Under the pieces are notes generated by a model. The model saw nothing but the letters and a program-made list of their open reading frames with translations. It searched no databases and had not been told where the DNA came from. Source: Vicinamibacterales bacterium (GTDB lineage Bacteria; Acidobacteriota; Vicinamibacteria; Vicinamibacterales; UBA8438). Taken from it: 64,000 bases of DNA. Shown in pieces: positions 38,718-48,082 of this stretch. A program made the position numbers and the translations under genes. Location of the stretch: NCBI GenBank assembly GCA_965203525.1, contig OZ241898.1, forward strand, positions 862,164-926,163, written 5' to 3'. Every line of letters starts with the position of its first letter. Position 1 is the stretch's first letter.

Positions 38718-41700
38718 ATGCCCGACCGCGAACGCGAGCGCCTGATCTTCGCCCACCAGGAGTGGCTCGGCTTCGTGCAGCCGGTCGGACTCGTGGTCTC
38801 GCCGGCGGTCATGGTGGATGCGCAGGTGGTGCCCGACCGCAACGTCTCCGGACGCCAGCGCGAATTCACGGCGCTGCTCGACCCCGACGACCGGGGCGCG
38901 ACGAGCCGCTGGCGCGCCCCCGACCTCCGCCGCCTGTTCCTGGACTGGCTCGGATGGGAGGAGGACGACCTCGTAGACGCCGGCGCGCACCGGGAGCTGC
39001 TCGAAATCGCGCTGCCGGAACTGCAGGCGGTGCTGGCCCCGACCTGGGCGGTGCCGGCCGACGGCGACGGCGGCGACGGCGGCGATGACGACGGCGAGGC
39101 CGCCGGCTGGCGGATGCTCGTTCGCGTGGAGGACCCGGGCGTCGATCTCGATACCCCGCCCGAGGACGCGGCGTGGAACGCGAGCCGGCACGAGCGTTTC
39201 GTGCGCCTGCTGGCGGAGACCGGCGTTCCCGCCGGCCTGCTCTGCGCCGACGACCGCATCCGGCTGATCCACGCCCCCGGCGGCGAGACGCCCGGCTGGC
39301 TGACCTTCGACTTCTCGCAGATGGCGATGCCCGCGGGCCGCCCCATCCTCGCCGCGTTCGACATGCTGCTGTCGGCGGAGGCGCTGTTCGGAACCGGCGA
39401 GGCGAGTCTGCCGGCGCTGCTGCGCCGGAGCCGGGAGGCGCAGGCCGAGGTCTCGACCCGGCTGGCGCGTCAGGTGCTGGCCGCGCTGTACGAGCTGCTG
39501 CGCGGCTTCGTCGCGGCCGACGCGCACCGCGGCGGCCTGGAGACGCTGGCGCGCGAGTCGCCGAAGCGCCTCTACAACGGGCTGGTCGTCGTGCTGATGC
39601 GGCTGGTGTTCCTCCTGTACACCGAGGATCGGGGCATGATGCCGGACCATCCGGTGTACCAGCAGCACTATTCCCTCGGCGGCCTGTTCGCCCGGCTGCG
39701 CGCCGACGCGGCCGCGTACCCGGACACCATGGACCAGCGCTACGGGGCCTGGGCGCAACTGCTGGCGCTGTTCCGGCTCGTCTACGGCGGCGGGCGGCAC
39801 GGCGGCCTGTCGTTCGCCGCCCGCAAGGGACGCCTGTTCGACCCGGCGCGCTTTCCGTTCCTCGAACGTCTCGCAAACGGCCCGGGAGCCACGGAAGACG
39901 GGGCGGCGGGCGGTGCGGACCTGCCGCTGGCGCCCGACGGAACCGTCTGGCGGGTGCTGGAAAACCTGATGGTGCTCGACGGGGAGCGGCTCTCCTACCG
40001 GACGCTGGACGTCGAGCAGATCGGCTCGGTCTACGAAGCGATCATGGGGTTCCGGATCGAACTGACGGCGGGGCGTTCCATCGCGGTGCGCTCCCCGAAA
40101 CGGACCGGCGCCGCGGTGGTCGTGGACGTCGACGAGTTGCTGTCGGCGGCCGGCGGCAAGCGCGCCAGGGCGGTCGCGGAGCGGACCGGCCACAAGGTGG
40201 CGGGCGCCGCGGACGCCGCGTTGCGGCGGGCGGAGACGGTCGAGGACGTCGTCGCGGCGCTGGAAGGCCGGATCGACCGGGACGCGACCCCCGACGTCGT
40301 GCCGGCGCAAACGCCGGTCCTGCAGCCGACCGACGAGCGCCGCCGGTCCGGCAGCCACTACACGCCGAGCACGCTGACCGGCCCGATCGTCGCAGAGACG
40401 CTCCGGCCGATCTTCGACCGCCTGGGTCCCGCGCCGACGCCGGATCGGATCCTCGACCTCAAGGTCCTCGATCCGGCGATGGGATCGGGCGCCTTCCTCG
40501 TCGAAGCCTGCCGCCAGCTCGCCCGGAAGCTAGTCGACGCCTGGCACGCGCACGGCGGACCGCCCGGCCGTTCCGCCCGCGACGAGGACGAGCTGCTGCA
40601 CGCCCGGCGCGCCGTCGCCCGGCGCTGCCTCCACGGAGTGGACAAGAACCCGATGGCGGTGGAGCTGGCCCGCCTGTCCCTGTGGCTGGTCACGTTCGCG
40701 AAGGACGACGAGTTCACCTTCGTCGACCACGCGCTGCGGCACGGCGACTCGCTGGTCGGACTGTCGCTGCAACAGATCGAGGCGCTGCACTGGCGGCGGG
40801 ACGCGCCCGCCGACAGGTTGCTGGCCGAAGACCGCGTGCGCCGCCACGTGGCCGCGGCCCGAGACCTGCGCGCCCGCATCCACGCCGCGAAGGAAAGCGC
40901 GCCGGCGGACGAACTGAACGATCTTCTGCGCCGCGCCGACTCGGAGAGGCGGCGCGTGGCGATCTGCGGCGACCTCGTGCTGCTGGCGTTCTTCAAGGGG
41001 ACGAAGCCGGCCGAGCGGGAGCGGATGCGCCGCGAACACGCCGCGTACGTCACGACCGATCAGGCGGACCGCTACCGGGGCGAGATCGAAGCGTGGCGCG
41101 CCGCCGAGCCGCCGCTCACGCCCTTCTACTGGGAGATCGAGTTCCCGGAGGTGTTCGAGCGGGAGAACCCGGGGTTCGACGCGATCGTGGGGAATCCGCC
41201 GTTCGCGGGCAAGAACACCGTCACCGCCGCACACGTCGCCGGCTACCCGCACTGGCTGAAGACGATGCACGAGGAAAGTCACGGCAACGCCGATCTCGTG
41301 GCCCACTTCTTCCGCCGCGCGTCCACCCTGCTGCGCGACGGCGGCACGTTCGGTCTGATCGCCACCAACACCATCGCCCAGGGCGACACCCGTTCGACCG
41401 GCCTGCGCTGGATCTGCGAGCACGGTGGCGCCATCTACCACGCGCGCCGGAGGGTCAAGTGGCCCGGCCTCGCCGCCGTGGTGGTGAGCGTGCTGCACGT
41501 CCGCAAGGGCGCTCCGCCCGCCGCGCCCCTGCTCGACGGCGCGCCGGTGGAGCGGATCACCGCGTTCCTCTTCCACCGCGGCGGCCACGGCGACCCCGCG
41601 CGGCTGGCTGCGAACGCCGGCAAGAGCTTCCAGGGGAGCATCGTCCTCGGCATGGGCTTCACGTTCGACGACACCGACACGAAGGACGTCGCTTCGCCCC

Positions 41701-42818
41701 TCGCCGATCTGGCAGGGCTGATCGAAGAGAACCCGCGCAATCTGGAGGCGATCTTCCCCTACGTCGGCGGCGAGGAAGTGAACACCAGCCCGACCCACGC
41801 GCATCACCGCTACGTCATCAACTTCCGCGACTGGCCGTTGCGCCGGGAGGACATCGGGGAATCGTGGGCGGAGGCGGACGAGAAGCGGAGGCGGGAGCTG
41901 CGGCGGCAGGTGGTCGTGCCGCTCGACTACCCGGAGCCGGTGGCGGCGGACTGGCCGGAGTTGCTGGCGATCGTGGAAGAGCGGGTGAAGCCTCAACGCC
42001 TCACCCTCCCCCCCAAGAACAGCATCAACCGCGACGCGGCCAAGCGATGGTGGCAATTCCTGGCTTACAGGCAGGGACTACAGGTCGCAACGGCCGGTCT
42101 GAATCAAGTCTTGGTAATTTCTCGATACGGTCAAAACGTTGCCTTCACATTTGTACCGGCTGGTGCGGTGTACAGCGACTCCGTCATCGTATTTCCATTC
42201 GAAACCCACGCCGCCTTCTGCGCGCTCCAGTCCCGCGTCCACGAAATCTGGGCGCGCTTCTTCGGCTCGTCCATGAAGGACGACCTCCGCTACACTCCGT
42301 CCGACTGCTTCGAGACCTTCCCCTTCCCCGAAGACTGGGAGACCCACCCCGCCCTCGAAGCCGCCGGCAGGGAGTACCATGACTTCCGCGCCGCCCTCTT
42401 GGTCCGCAACGGCGAAGGGCTGACCCGGACGTACAACCGCTTCCACGATCCCGACGAGAACGATCCCGACATCGCCCGACTCCGCGATCTGCACGCCGAC
42501 ATGGACCGCGCTGTCCTCGACGCCTGCGGCTGGCGCGACGTCCCGACCGACTGCGACTTCCTGCTCGACTACGAGATCGACGAGGAGACGTGGGGCGGCA
42601 AGAAGAAGCCGTACCGCTACCGCTGGCCCGACGCCGTCCGCGACGAGGTCCTCGCGCGGCTGCTGGAGCTGAACGCCGAGCAGGTCGCTGACGAAGTGCG
42701 TTCCGGCGCCGTTGCGGGAGCAGGCGGGAAACGTGGCGGGTCATCGCATGCGAAAATTCCCCACGCGTCGCGACGCACCGTTGGCATCCGATATGCTTCA
42801 CCTTGGAGGCACCGATGA
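38718..42818 (+). CDS. drmMI: DISARM class 1 adenine methyltransferase DrmMI
   Basis: HQEWLGFVQPVGLVVS N-terminus, LDVEQIGSVYE, SGSHYTP, motif I VLDPAMGSGAFL, motif IV IVGNPPF, YTPSDCFETFPFP. Confidence 0.88.
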   Translation: MPDRERERLIFAHQEWLGFVQPVGLVVSPAVMVDAQVVPDRNVSGRQREFTALLDPDDRGATSRWRAPDLRRLFLDWLGWEEDDLVDAGAHRELLEIALPELQAVLAPTWAVPADGDGGDGGDDDGEAAGWRMLVRVEDPGVDLDTPPEDAAWNASRHERFVRLLAETGVPAGLLCADDRIRLIHAPGGETPGWLTFDFSQMAMPAGRPILAAFDMLLSAEALFGTGEASLPALLRRSREAQAEVSTRLARQVLAALYELLRGFVAADAHRGGLETLARESPKRLYNGLVVVLMRLVFLLYTEDRGMMPDHPVYQQHYSLGGLFARLRADAAAYPDTMDQRYGAWAQLLALFRLVYGGGRHGGLSFAARKGRLFDPARFPFLERLANGPGATEDGAAGGADLPLAPDGTVWRVLENLMVLDGERLSYRTLDVEQIGSVYEAIMGFRIELTAGRSIAVRSPKRTGAAVVVDVDELLSAAGGKRARAVAERTGHKVAGAADAALRRAETVEDVVAALEGRIDRDATPDVVPAQTPVLQPTDERRRSGSHYTPSTLTGPIVAETLRPIFDRLGPAPTPDRILDLKVLDPAMGSGAFLVEACRQLARKLVDAWHAHGGPPGRSARDEDELLHARRAVARRCLHGVDKNPMAVELARLSLWLVTFAKDDEFTFVDHALRHGDSLVGLSLQQIEALHWRRDAPADRLLAEDRVRRHVAAARDLRARIHAAKESAPADELNDLLRRADSERRRVAICGDLVLLAFFKGTKPAERERMRREHAAYVTTDQADRYRGEIEAWRAAEPPLTPFYWEIEFPEVFERENPGFDAIVGNPPFAGKNTVTAAHVAGYPHWLKTMHEESHGNADLVAHFFRRASTLLRDGGTFGLIATNTIAQGDTRSTGLRWICEHGGAIYHARRRVKWPGLAAVVVSVLHVRKGAPPAAPLLDGAPVERITAFLFHRGGHGDPARLAANAGKSFQGSIVLGMGFTFDDTDTKDVASPLADLAGLIEENPRNLEAIFPYVGGEEVNTSPTHAHHRYVINFRDWPLRREDIGESWAEADEKRRRELRRQVVVPLDYPEPVAADWPELLAIVEERVKPQRLTLPPKNSINRDAAKRWWQFLAYRQGLQVATAGLNQVLVISRYGQNVAFTFVPAGAVYSDSVIVFPFETHAAFCALQSRVHEIWARFFGSSMKDDLRYTPSDCFETFPFPEDWETHPALEAAGREYHDFRAALLVRNGEGLTRTYNRFHDPDENDPDIARLRDLHADMDRAVLDACGWRDVPTDCDFLLDYEIDEETWGGKKKPYRYRWPDAVRDEVLARLLELNAEQVADEVRSGAVAGAGGKRGGSSHAKIPHASRRTVGIRYASPWRHR

Positions 42819-44974
42819 GTGAGTCCATCATCACCGATCCCAAAGAGGTCACGAACTACGTCGATCAGATCCGCCAATTGGCGGACGACAACAAGACTGA
42901 GCTTGGATTCCTGCCCGCGGGTGTCTACCACGAGACAGCAATGAAGGGTGGCCTGTGGGTCGCCGTTGACCGTACTCGAAAGGTACTACGCGGTTATCTG
43001 CTGTTCGGCGGCCGATACCCGCGCCTGCGCGTGTTTCAGATCTTCGTGCGCCCCGAGTTTCGCGGTTCGGGCATAGCGCGGATCTTGCTGAAAAAGCTGC
43101 GGGACTACGGCGAAAGACTCAACTACCTGACCATCACCGCCAGAGTCGCACGTGAATTGGAAGCGAACAGGTTCTGGAAAGCATGCGGGTTCTTCGTCAC
43201 CGACCAAATTTCCGGTGATGCGACAAGGAGGCCGCTCAACAAGTACACGCTCGAACTCGACGTGCCCTCTCTGTTTCGTGGCGAAACCCTCCGCACTATC
43301 GATTCTACGCAGATACGCTTCCCCGGGCCGATCCTGTTCACACCGTCATATGTCATTGACCTGAACGTGTTCTTCGACGTATTGCGAAACCGCGGCAAAG
43401 AAGAATCTTCCCTCGTGTTGTCGCTGGGCCTGACCAACGATGTTAATCTCTTCGTTACTTCCGAGTTCGTCAAGGAGCTGGAACGCCATACCGCTGACCA
43501 CCAGCGGGATCCTGTTCTGGAATTCGCCCGACGCCTGCCGACGCTTCCCGATTTGGATCCCGAGACGGCGAATCCGCTTATAGAAGGTCTGCGAACTCTG
43601 CTCTGGACAGGCGTCCCGAAAACCGGACGACGGGCAATAAACGACGCCTCCGATCTGAGTCATCTGGCGTCTTGCATCCATCACAAGGTGTACGGATTTA
43701 TCACGCGCGATGAAGCAATCCTTCAACATGCGGCGGACCTGCGTCGCATGCATGATATCAACATCGCCTCACCGGCCTATTTCATTGACTTGTTCGATGA
43801 CGACGCCGCGCGGCGCGAACCGACGCTGGCGAGTATAGATCGACAGGACATCGAGATTGCCGATCTCGATGAACGGAATCGCAGGGAGGCCGAAGAATTT
43901 CTTCATGGCCTCGGCGTCGATCCGGACCAAATACGTTCCTGCCTTGAACCGGGACCCACGCAGCATCCCAGGCTGCGGAGAATCGTGCGCGTCGGCTCGC
44001 GGCTTGTCGGCGTGGGTTCCTGGAAACACCCGGGACCGGGTCGTGTGACCGACTTGTACCTGTATGTTGACGAAAGACAATCGAACTCCGAGAGAGCGAT
44101 AGACCGCCTCTTCCTGGAGTCGTCGATGCACGGTGGCGTCGATGGACGCTTGCTCCGACTCGATCTGCACGCCCCCCGGCGGCAGGAGAAGACCCGTGGA
44201 GTGGCGGTCAATATCGGCTTTCGGTTCCCGAAGCACGAAGGCGATTCGTCCGGCGCGCTGGCCAAGGTGTCGTTCCGGGGCGTGGTCGGCGCGGGCAACT
44301 GGACATCGTTCAGGCGAGATCTCAAGGCGATGACGGATTGCGAACTGCAAGAAGGCGCGCCTTCGTGGAGCGCTATTTCCGATACCGGCATCGCCATGAA
44401 CACCGGCCAACGAGTCGGCCCCGTGATGATCTCACCGTTCGATTTTGAAACTCTGGTGTCGCCATGCGCTCTGATTCTTCCTGGTCGAGCCGCGGTGGCG
44501 ATTCCCATACAGGACAAGTATACCGAATTGATATCTTCGCCCGGCCGGCAGCGATCGTTGCTGCCTGACAAAGAAGCGGCTTTTCGGCTGGAACGCGCCT
44601 ACTTTCTTGCAGCCGGAAGGCACAGATTGCTGCCAAAGGGAACGATCGTGGTGTTTTACGTCAGCCGTCCGCGAAGTGAAGCGGTGGCGCTGGCGAGAGT
44701 GACGTTTTCCGACACGCTGACCAAGACTCAAGCCGTCACCAAATTGCGCCGACAGGGAGTGCTTTCAGAGAAGGATATAGATCGAAAAGCCGACCGGCAC
44801 GGAAAGATTGCCGCGTTTACGTTCGACAATCTTCTCAAGTTCCAGACGAACGTTTCTTATCAAGACCTCAAGCGGAACGGTTGCGTCGGCGGAGCCAATT
44901 TTGTCACGGCACAGCCATTGACTCATCAAGCGCTGATCCGAATTGCGAATCGAGCTTTCGGAGTGCAGTTCTGA
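42815..44974 (+). CDS. Multidomain GNAT acetyltransferase - PIN - degenerate GNAT-like - PUA/EVE-like protein
   Basis: AcCoA motif QIFVRPEFRGSGIARILL. PIN-like YVIDLNVFFD ... DASDLSHL...FITRDEAIL. C-terminal 'IPIQDKY...RAYF...KGTIVVFYVS...AVALARV'. ATGA overlap with the drmMI stop; clearly lower GC. Confidence 0.72.
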   Translation: MSESIITDPKEVTNYVDQIRQLADDNKTELGFLPAGVYHETAMKGGLWVAVDRTRKVLRGYLLFGGRYPRLRVFQIFVRPEFRGSGIARILLKKLRDYGERLNYLTITARVARELEANRFWKACGFFVTDQISGDATRRPLNKYTLELDVPSLFRGETLRTIDSTQIRFPGPILFTPSYVIDLNVFFDVLRNRGKEESSLVLSLGLTNDVNLFVTSEFVKELERHTADHQRDPVLEFARRLPTLPDLDPETANPLIEGLRTLLWTGVPKTGRRAINDASDLSHLASCIHHKVYGFITRDEAILQHAADLRRMHDINIASPAYFIDLFDDDAARREPTLASIDRQDIEIADLDERNRREAEEFLHGLGVDPDQIRSCLEPGPTQHPRLRRIVRVGSRLVGVGSWKHPGPGRVTDLYLYVDERQSNSERAIDRLFLESSMHGGVDGRLLRLDLHAPRRQEKTRGVAVNIGFRFPKHEGDSSGALAKVSFRGVVGAGNWTSFRRDLKAMTDCELQEGAPSWSAISDTGIAMNTGQRVGPVMISPFDFETLVSPCALILPGRAAVAIPIQDKYTELISSPGRQRSLLPDKEAAFRLERAYFLAAGRHRLLPKGTIVVFYVSRPRSEAVALARVTFSDTLTKTQAVTKLRRQGVLSEKDIDRKADRHGKIAAFTFDNLLKFQTNVSYQDLKRNGCVGGANFVTAQPLTHQALIRIANRAFGVQF

Positions 44975-45402
44975 TGAACAACGCGATAATTTCCCTCAAG
45001 CCCCGATACGCGGAGTTGGTGGTGTCTGGAGAGAAATCCGTCGAACTTCGCAACAGGATCGTCAGATTAAACCCTGGGACGACGGTTTGGATATACGCGA
45101 CACTGCCCGTGGGCCGCATCGTTGCGTTTGCGGAAGTGGAGTCAATCGTTCATGACGAGCCGACGCTGATATGGGAACAATTCAAGGGGGACATATGTAT
45201 CGAGAAGACCCACTTCGACTCCTATACGAAAGACAGGGAACGCGTGTCGGCAGTGAAGTTGACGGCGGTGCGGGAGCTGCAGGAAGCACCGACCCTGGAC
45301 GGAATCCGGAAGGTGGTCGGTACTTTTCACCCGCCCCAGTTCTATGCGCGCCTAGCGGCGGAAAGCGGACTGCTCGGCATCCTGAGCGGACTGGCCAAGT
45401 AA
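44974..45402 (+). CDS. ASCH (PUA-like) domain protein
   Basis: IISLKPRYAELVVSGEKSVELRN (GxKxxExR), IYATLPVGRIV, and C-terminal PPQ. TGATG overlap with the upstream gene. Confidence 0.88.
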   Translation: MNNAIISLKPRYAELVVSGEKSVELRNRIVRLNPGTTVWIYATLPVGRIVAFAEVESIVHDEPTLIWEQFKGDICIEKTHFDSYTKDRERVSAVKLTAVRELQEAPTLDGIRKVVGTFHPPQFYARLAAESGLLGILSGLAK

Positions 45403-45450
45403 TCGCACCGGCGGTTGCCTGTGGACTCGGACGACGGGATTGCGTCCACC

Positions 45451-45615
45451 GTCCTCGACGCCGAGCGCTGGCGCGACGTCCCGACCGACTGTGCCTTCGT
45501 GCTTGACTACGCGATCGACAAGGAGACGAGGGGCAACAAGAAGCCGTACCGCACCGCTGGCCGGACGCCGTCCGCGACGAGGTGCTCGCGCGGCTGCTGG
45601 AACTCAACGCCGAGC
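45451..45615 (+). pseudogene. Degenerate second copy of the drmMI 3' region
   Basis: Close match to 42513-42681 (gtcctcgacgcc...tggcgcgacgtcccgaccgactg...aagaagccgtaccgc...gacgccgtccgcgacgaggt...aacgccgagc) with substitutions and small indels. Confidence 0.9.
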
Positions 45616-45738
45616 GGGCCGCGTGAACCGCGCCAAGCCGCCCGGCAATTTCAGGCAAACGGCCGCGACCGCGCACCCTCCGAAGCCACTCCCGACGGGT
45701 GGTTGCACCGCGTAGCCTTTGGGAGGATAATACGCCGC

Positions 45739-46164
45739 ATGAACCCGACCCGGGAGCCGGTGCCGGTGGACAGGAAGATCAAGCACCTGGAGTTCATCCA
45801 GGGCGTGATCAACCGCCTCGCGTCCGATTCGTTCCGGTTGAAGGGCTGGTCCGTGATCCTCGTCTCCGCGTTGTTCGTCCTGTCCGCGCGCGAGGGCCAG
45901 TTGGAGCTCGTCTCGACGGCGTTCGTTCCGGTGTTCGTCTTCTGGGGTCTCGACGGCTACTTCCTGTGGCAGGAGCGCCTGTTCCGCGCGCTGTACGATC
46001 ACGTGCGGGTTCTGGCGGAAGACAGAGTCGACTTCTCGATGGACGTCCGCGCCGTCGGGACTAGCCGCGCACCAACTTGGTTGGGGGCAACCTTCTCCCG
46101 AACCCTGCTTTCCTTCTACGCCGCATTGGCCGCCGCCGTCTGTCTGACGATGGCCATTGGTTGA
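45739..46164 (+). CDS. Conserved small membrane protein (about 3 TM)
   Basis: KHLEFIQGVINRLA..SF.LKGWSV, FWGLDGYFLWQERLFRALY, and a hydrophobic C-terminus. Confidence 0.75.
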   Translation: MNPTREPVPVDRKIKHLEFIQGVINRLASDSFRLKGWSVILVSALFVLSAREGQLELVSTAFVPVFVFWGLDGYFLWQERLFRALYDHVRVLAEDRVDFSMDVRAVGTSRAPTWLGATFSRTLLSFYAALAAAVCLTMAIG

Positions 46165-46217
46165 TCAAAGAGATCATCTGCGACTTTCATCGCTGCCGAA
46201 TGGGAGAGGCGAGAGGC

Positions 46218-46928
46218 ATGAAGCTCAGCATCGACGTAGCGTGGTGTCGGAGTCCCGGCGACGAAGCCGCCGCATCATCGGGACCGATGGAGACCGAAGA
46301 CGAGGCGACCCTGGGCCGGATCGCCGTCAACGTCGATCGGATCCGGCTGACGCGGGCGCTCGACGCCCGGACCATGCGCGCGCACGACGGCGCGAATCTT
46401 TCGGCCTGCCGGCTGGCCGAGTGGCTGACCTGGAACTGGTGGCGCCTGCGCTGGGAACCGACGCATCAGGACGTCCGGCGCGACCGCGGTCTCGGCTGGC
46501 GGCAGGCTCACGAGATGGCGAGCATCGGCGGCGGCTGGCTCTGGCCGAACGTCACGATTCGATCCGACGGATTGCGGGTCGTCCTGGACGCCGTGCCTTC
46601 GGCCGACGTGGTCGCCGAGCCGGTGCGGTACGTCGCGAACGAGAGCGCCGTGGTCTCGGCGGAGGAGTTCGAGGCGGGCGTGGACGACTTCGTGAACCGC
46701 GTACTGGCGCGGCTCGGCGAGTGGTCGCTCGCCGACACGGAGCTGTCCACCGCATGGCGGGAGCTGTCGGCGGAGCGCGCCGACCCGGAATGCGCGGCGT
46801 ACCGGAAGATCGAAGCGTTCCTCGGCTTCGACGTGGACGAAGCCGACCCGCGACAGGTCGAGCGGATCATCCTGGACGGCGGCGCATCACCGGACAGCCG
46901 CCCGCGTGGACCCGGCGTCGCGACGTAG
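46218..46928 (+). CDS. Conserved hypothetical protein, probably C-terminally truncated
   Basis: LAEWLTWNWWRLRWEP...W..AH.MASIGGGWLWP...EAFLGFD. Coding-like sequence ends abruptly just before the convergent TA genes. Confidence 0.6.
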   Translation: MKLSIDVAWCRSPGDEAAASSGPMETEDEATLGRIAVNVDRIRLTRALDARTMRAHDGANLSACRLAEWLTWNWWRLRWEPTHQDVRRDRGLGWRQAHEMASIGGGWLWPNVTIRSDGLRVVLDAVPSADVVAEPVRYVANESAVVSAEEFEAGVDDFVNRVLARLGEWSLADTELSTAWRELSAERADPECAAYRKIEAFLGFDVDEADPRQVERIILDGGASPDSRPRGPGVAT

Positions 46929-46948
46929 AGATGTGCAGGAAGGCGAAA

Positions 46949-47302
46949 TCAGTTGCCGATGGACGAACGGACGAGCGCGACGACCAATGCGATGACGATC
47001 GACAGGAGCGCTCCGGCGACGCCGGTCACCGTCCAGACCTTCACGTTGGCCAGGTTGTCCTTGGTCGCGTAGTGATCCAATGCGGTCTCCAGCGCCTTCA
47101 TGCGCTCGCGAAGGTCGCCGGTGGTCTCCAGTGCCTTCACGCGCTCGCGAAGGTCGCCGATGGTCTCCAGCGCCTTCACGCGCTCGCGGAGGTCACCGGT
47201 GGTCTCCAGTTGGCCGTCGACCGACGTCTTCAACTCGGTGATAGCCGCCCACGCGGCCTGCGGCTCCGATTCCCCGGTCACCGTGCGCTTCCGGGGAGTC
47301 AT
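46949..47302 (-). CDS. Coiled-coil protein with C-terminal TM helix; candidate toxin partner of the Panacea antitoxin
   Basis: The last 117 aa of the 46949-52891 ORF, from the ATG overlapping the upstream stop (ATGA). Contains three 13-aa repeats LETxGDLRERxKA and TM VAGALLSIVIALVVALV. Confidence 0.65.
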   Translation of the reverse strand: MTPRKRTVTGESEPQAAWAAITELKTSVDGQLETTGDLRERVKALETIGDLRERVKALETTGDLRERMKALETALDHYATKDNLANVKVWTVTGVAGALLSIVIALVVALVRSSIGN

Positions 47303-47790
47303 GCCTGCTCCGCGAGACGCTTGTAGTAGTCCCGGAGCAGCTCGTTCCGGATGATCGCGCCGACGCCGAACTCCCGGTAGGTGACGTCCCAAGGGGTGTC
47401 CGGCTTGTGCGTGAGCGCGGATAGCTGCAGAGCCGTGAAGTCGCCGTAGACCTCGCGAACCTGCTCGATGACGTCGCGCTGCTCGTCGTCGAACGCGTCG
47501 GATCGGTCCACCGGCTCCGTGGTGATCGAGTCGCCACGGAACGACTTGTAGCGGTAGTAGATGCTGGGCACCACCGGACCGTACCGCCACGCTTCGGCCG
47601 GCTCGTTGATGAGCGATCGCCCGTACAGCCCGAGCATCCATCCGTGGCTGATGTACACGAGCTTCAGAACGTGCATCGGCGTCGTTTCCGTGTCGCGCCG
47701 GAGCCAGAGAATCTGCTCGGCGACCCCCCGCGGCTCTCGCGGCTCTCTGCTCGTTACAGCCGTCACGATTTCCGTTTCCTGACTCGGCAT
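47299..47790 (-). CDS. Panacea/SocA-like (DUF4065) antitoxin
   Basis: TPMHVLKLVYISHGW, EAWRYGPVVPSIY, LSALTH...PW motifs. Confidence 0.88.
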   Translation of the reverse strand: MPSQETEIVTAVTSREPREPRGVAEQILWLRRDTETTPMHVLKLVYISHGWMLGLYGRSLINEPAEAWRYGPVVPSIYYRYKSFRGDSITTEPVDRSDAFDDEQRDVIEQVREVYGDFTALQLSALTHKPDTPWDVTYREFGVGAIIRNELLRDYYKRLAEQA

Positions 47791-48082
47791 GACGCCCCCA
47801 TTCTAGCCGTCCCAGCACGACGCAGGCACCAACGTCAAGCCCGGTTCCGGTTCTTCGCGCCCGCGATCTCGGCGCGCCCGGATGCCGCCGGCGGCGCTTG
47901 TCGCGGGCCGTCCGGACGCGCGTCGAACCCGGTCGGACCACCGGCGGGCAGCCTGACAGCCGGAAGATAAGCAAACTGCATGCCGGCATGGCGGCGCGCC
48001 GCTTGCGGCATGGTTTATCCTGTGCCGCGTTGCGGCCCGGATCGGTTCCGATCCCGCCGCACACCGGGAACCGGAGTCCACC

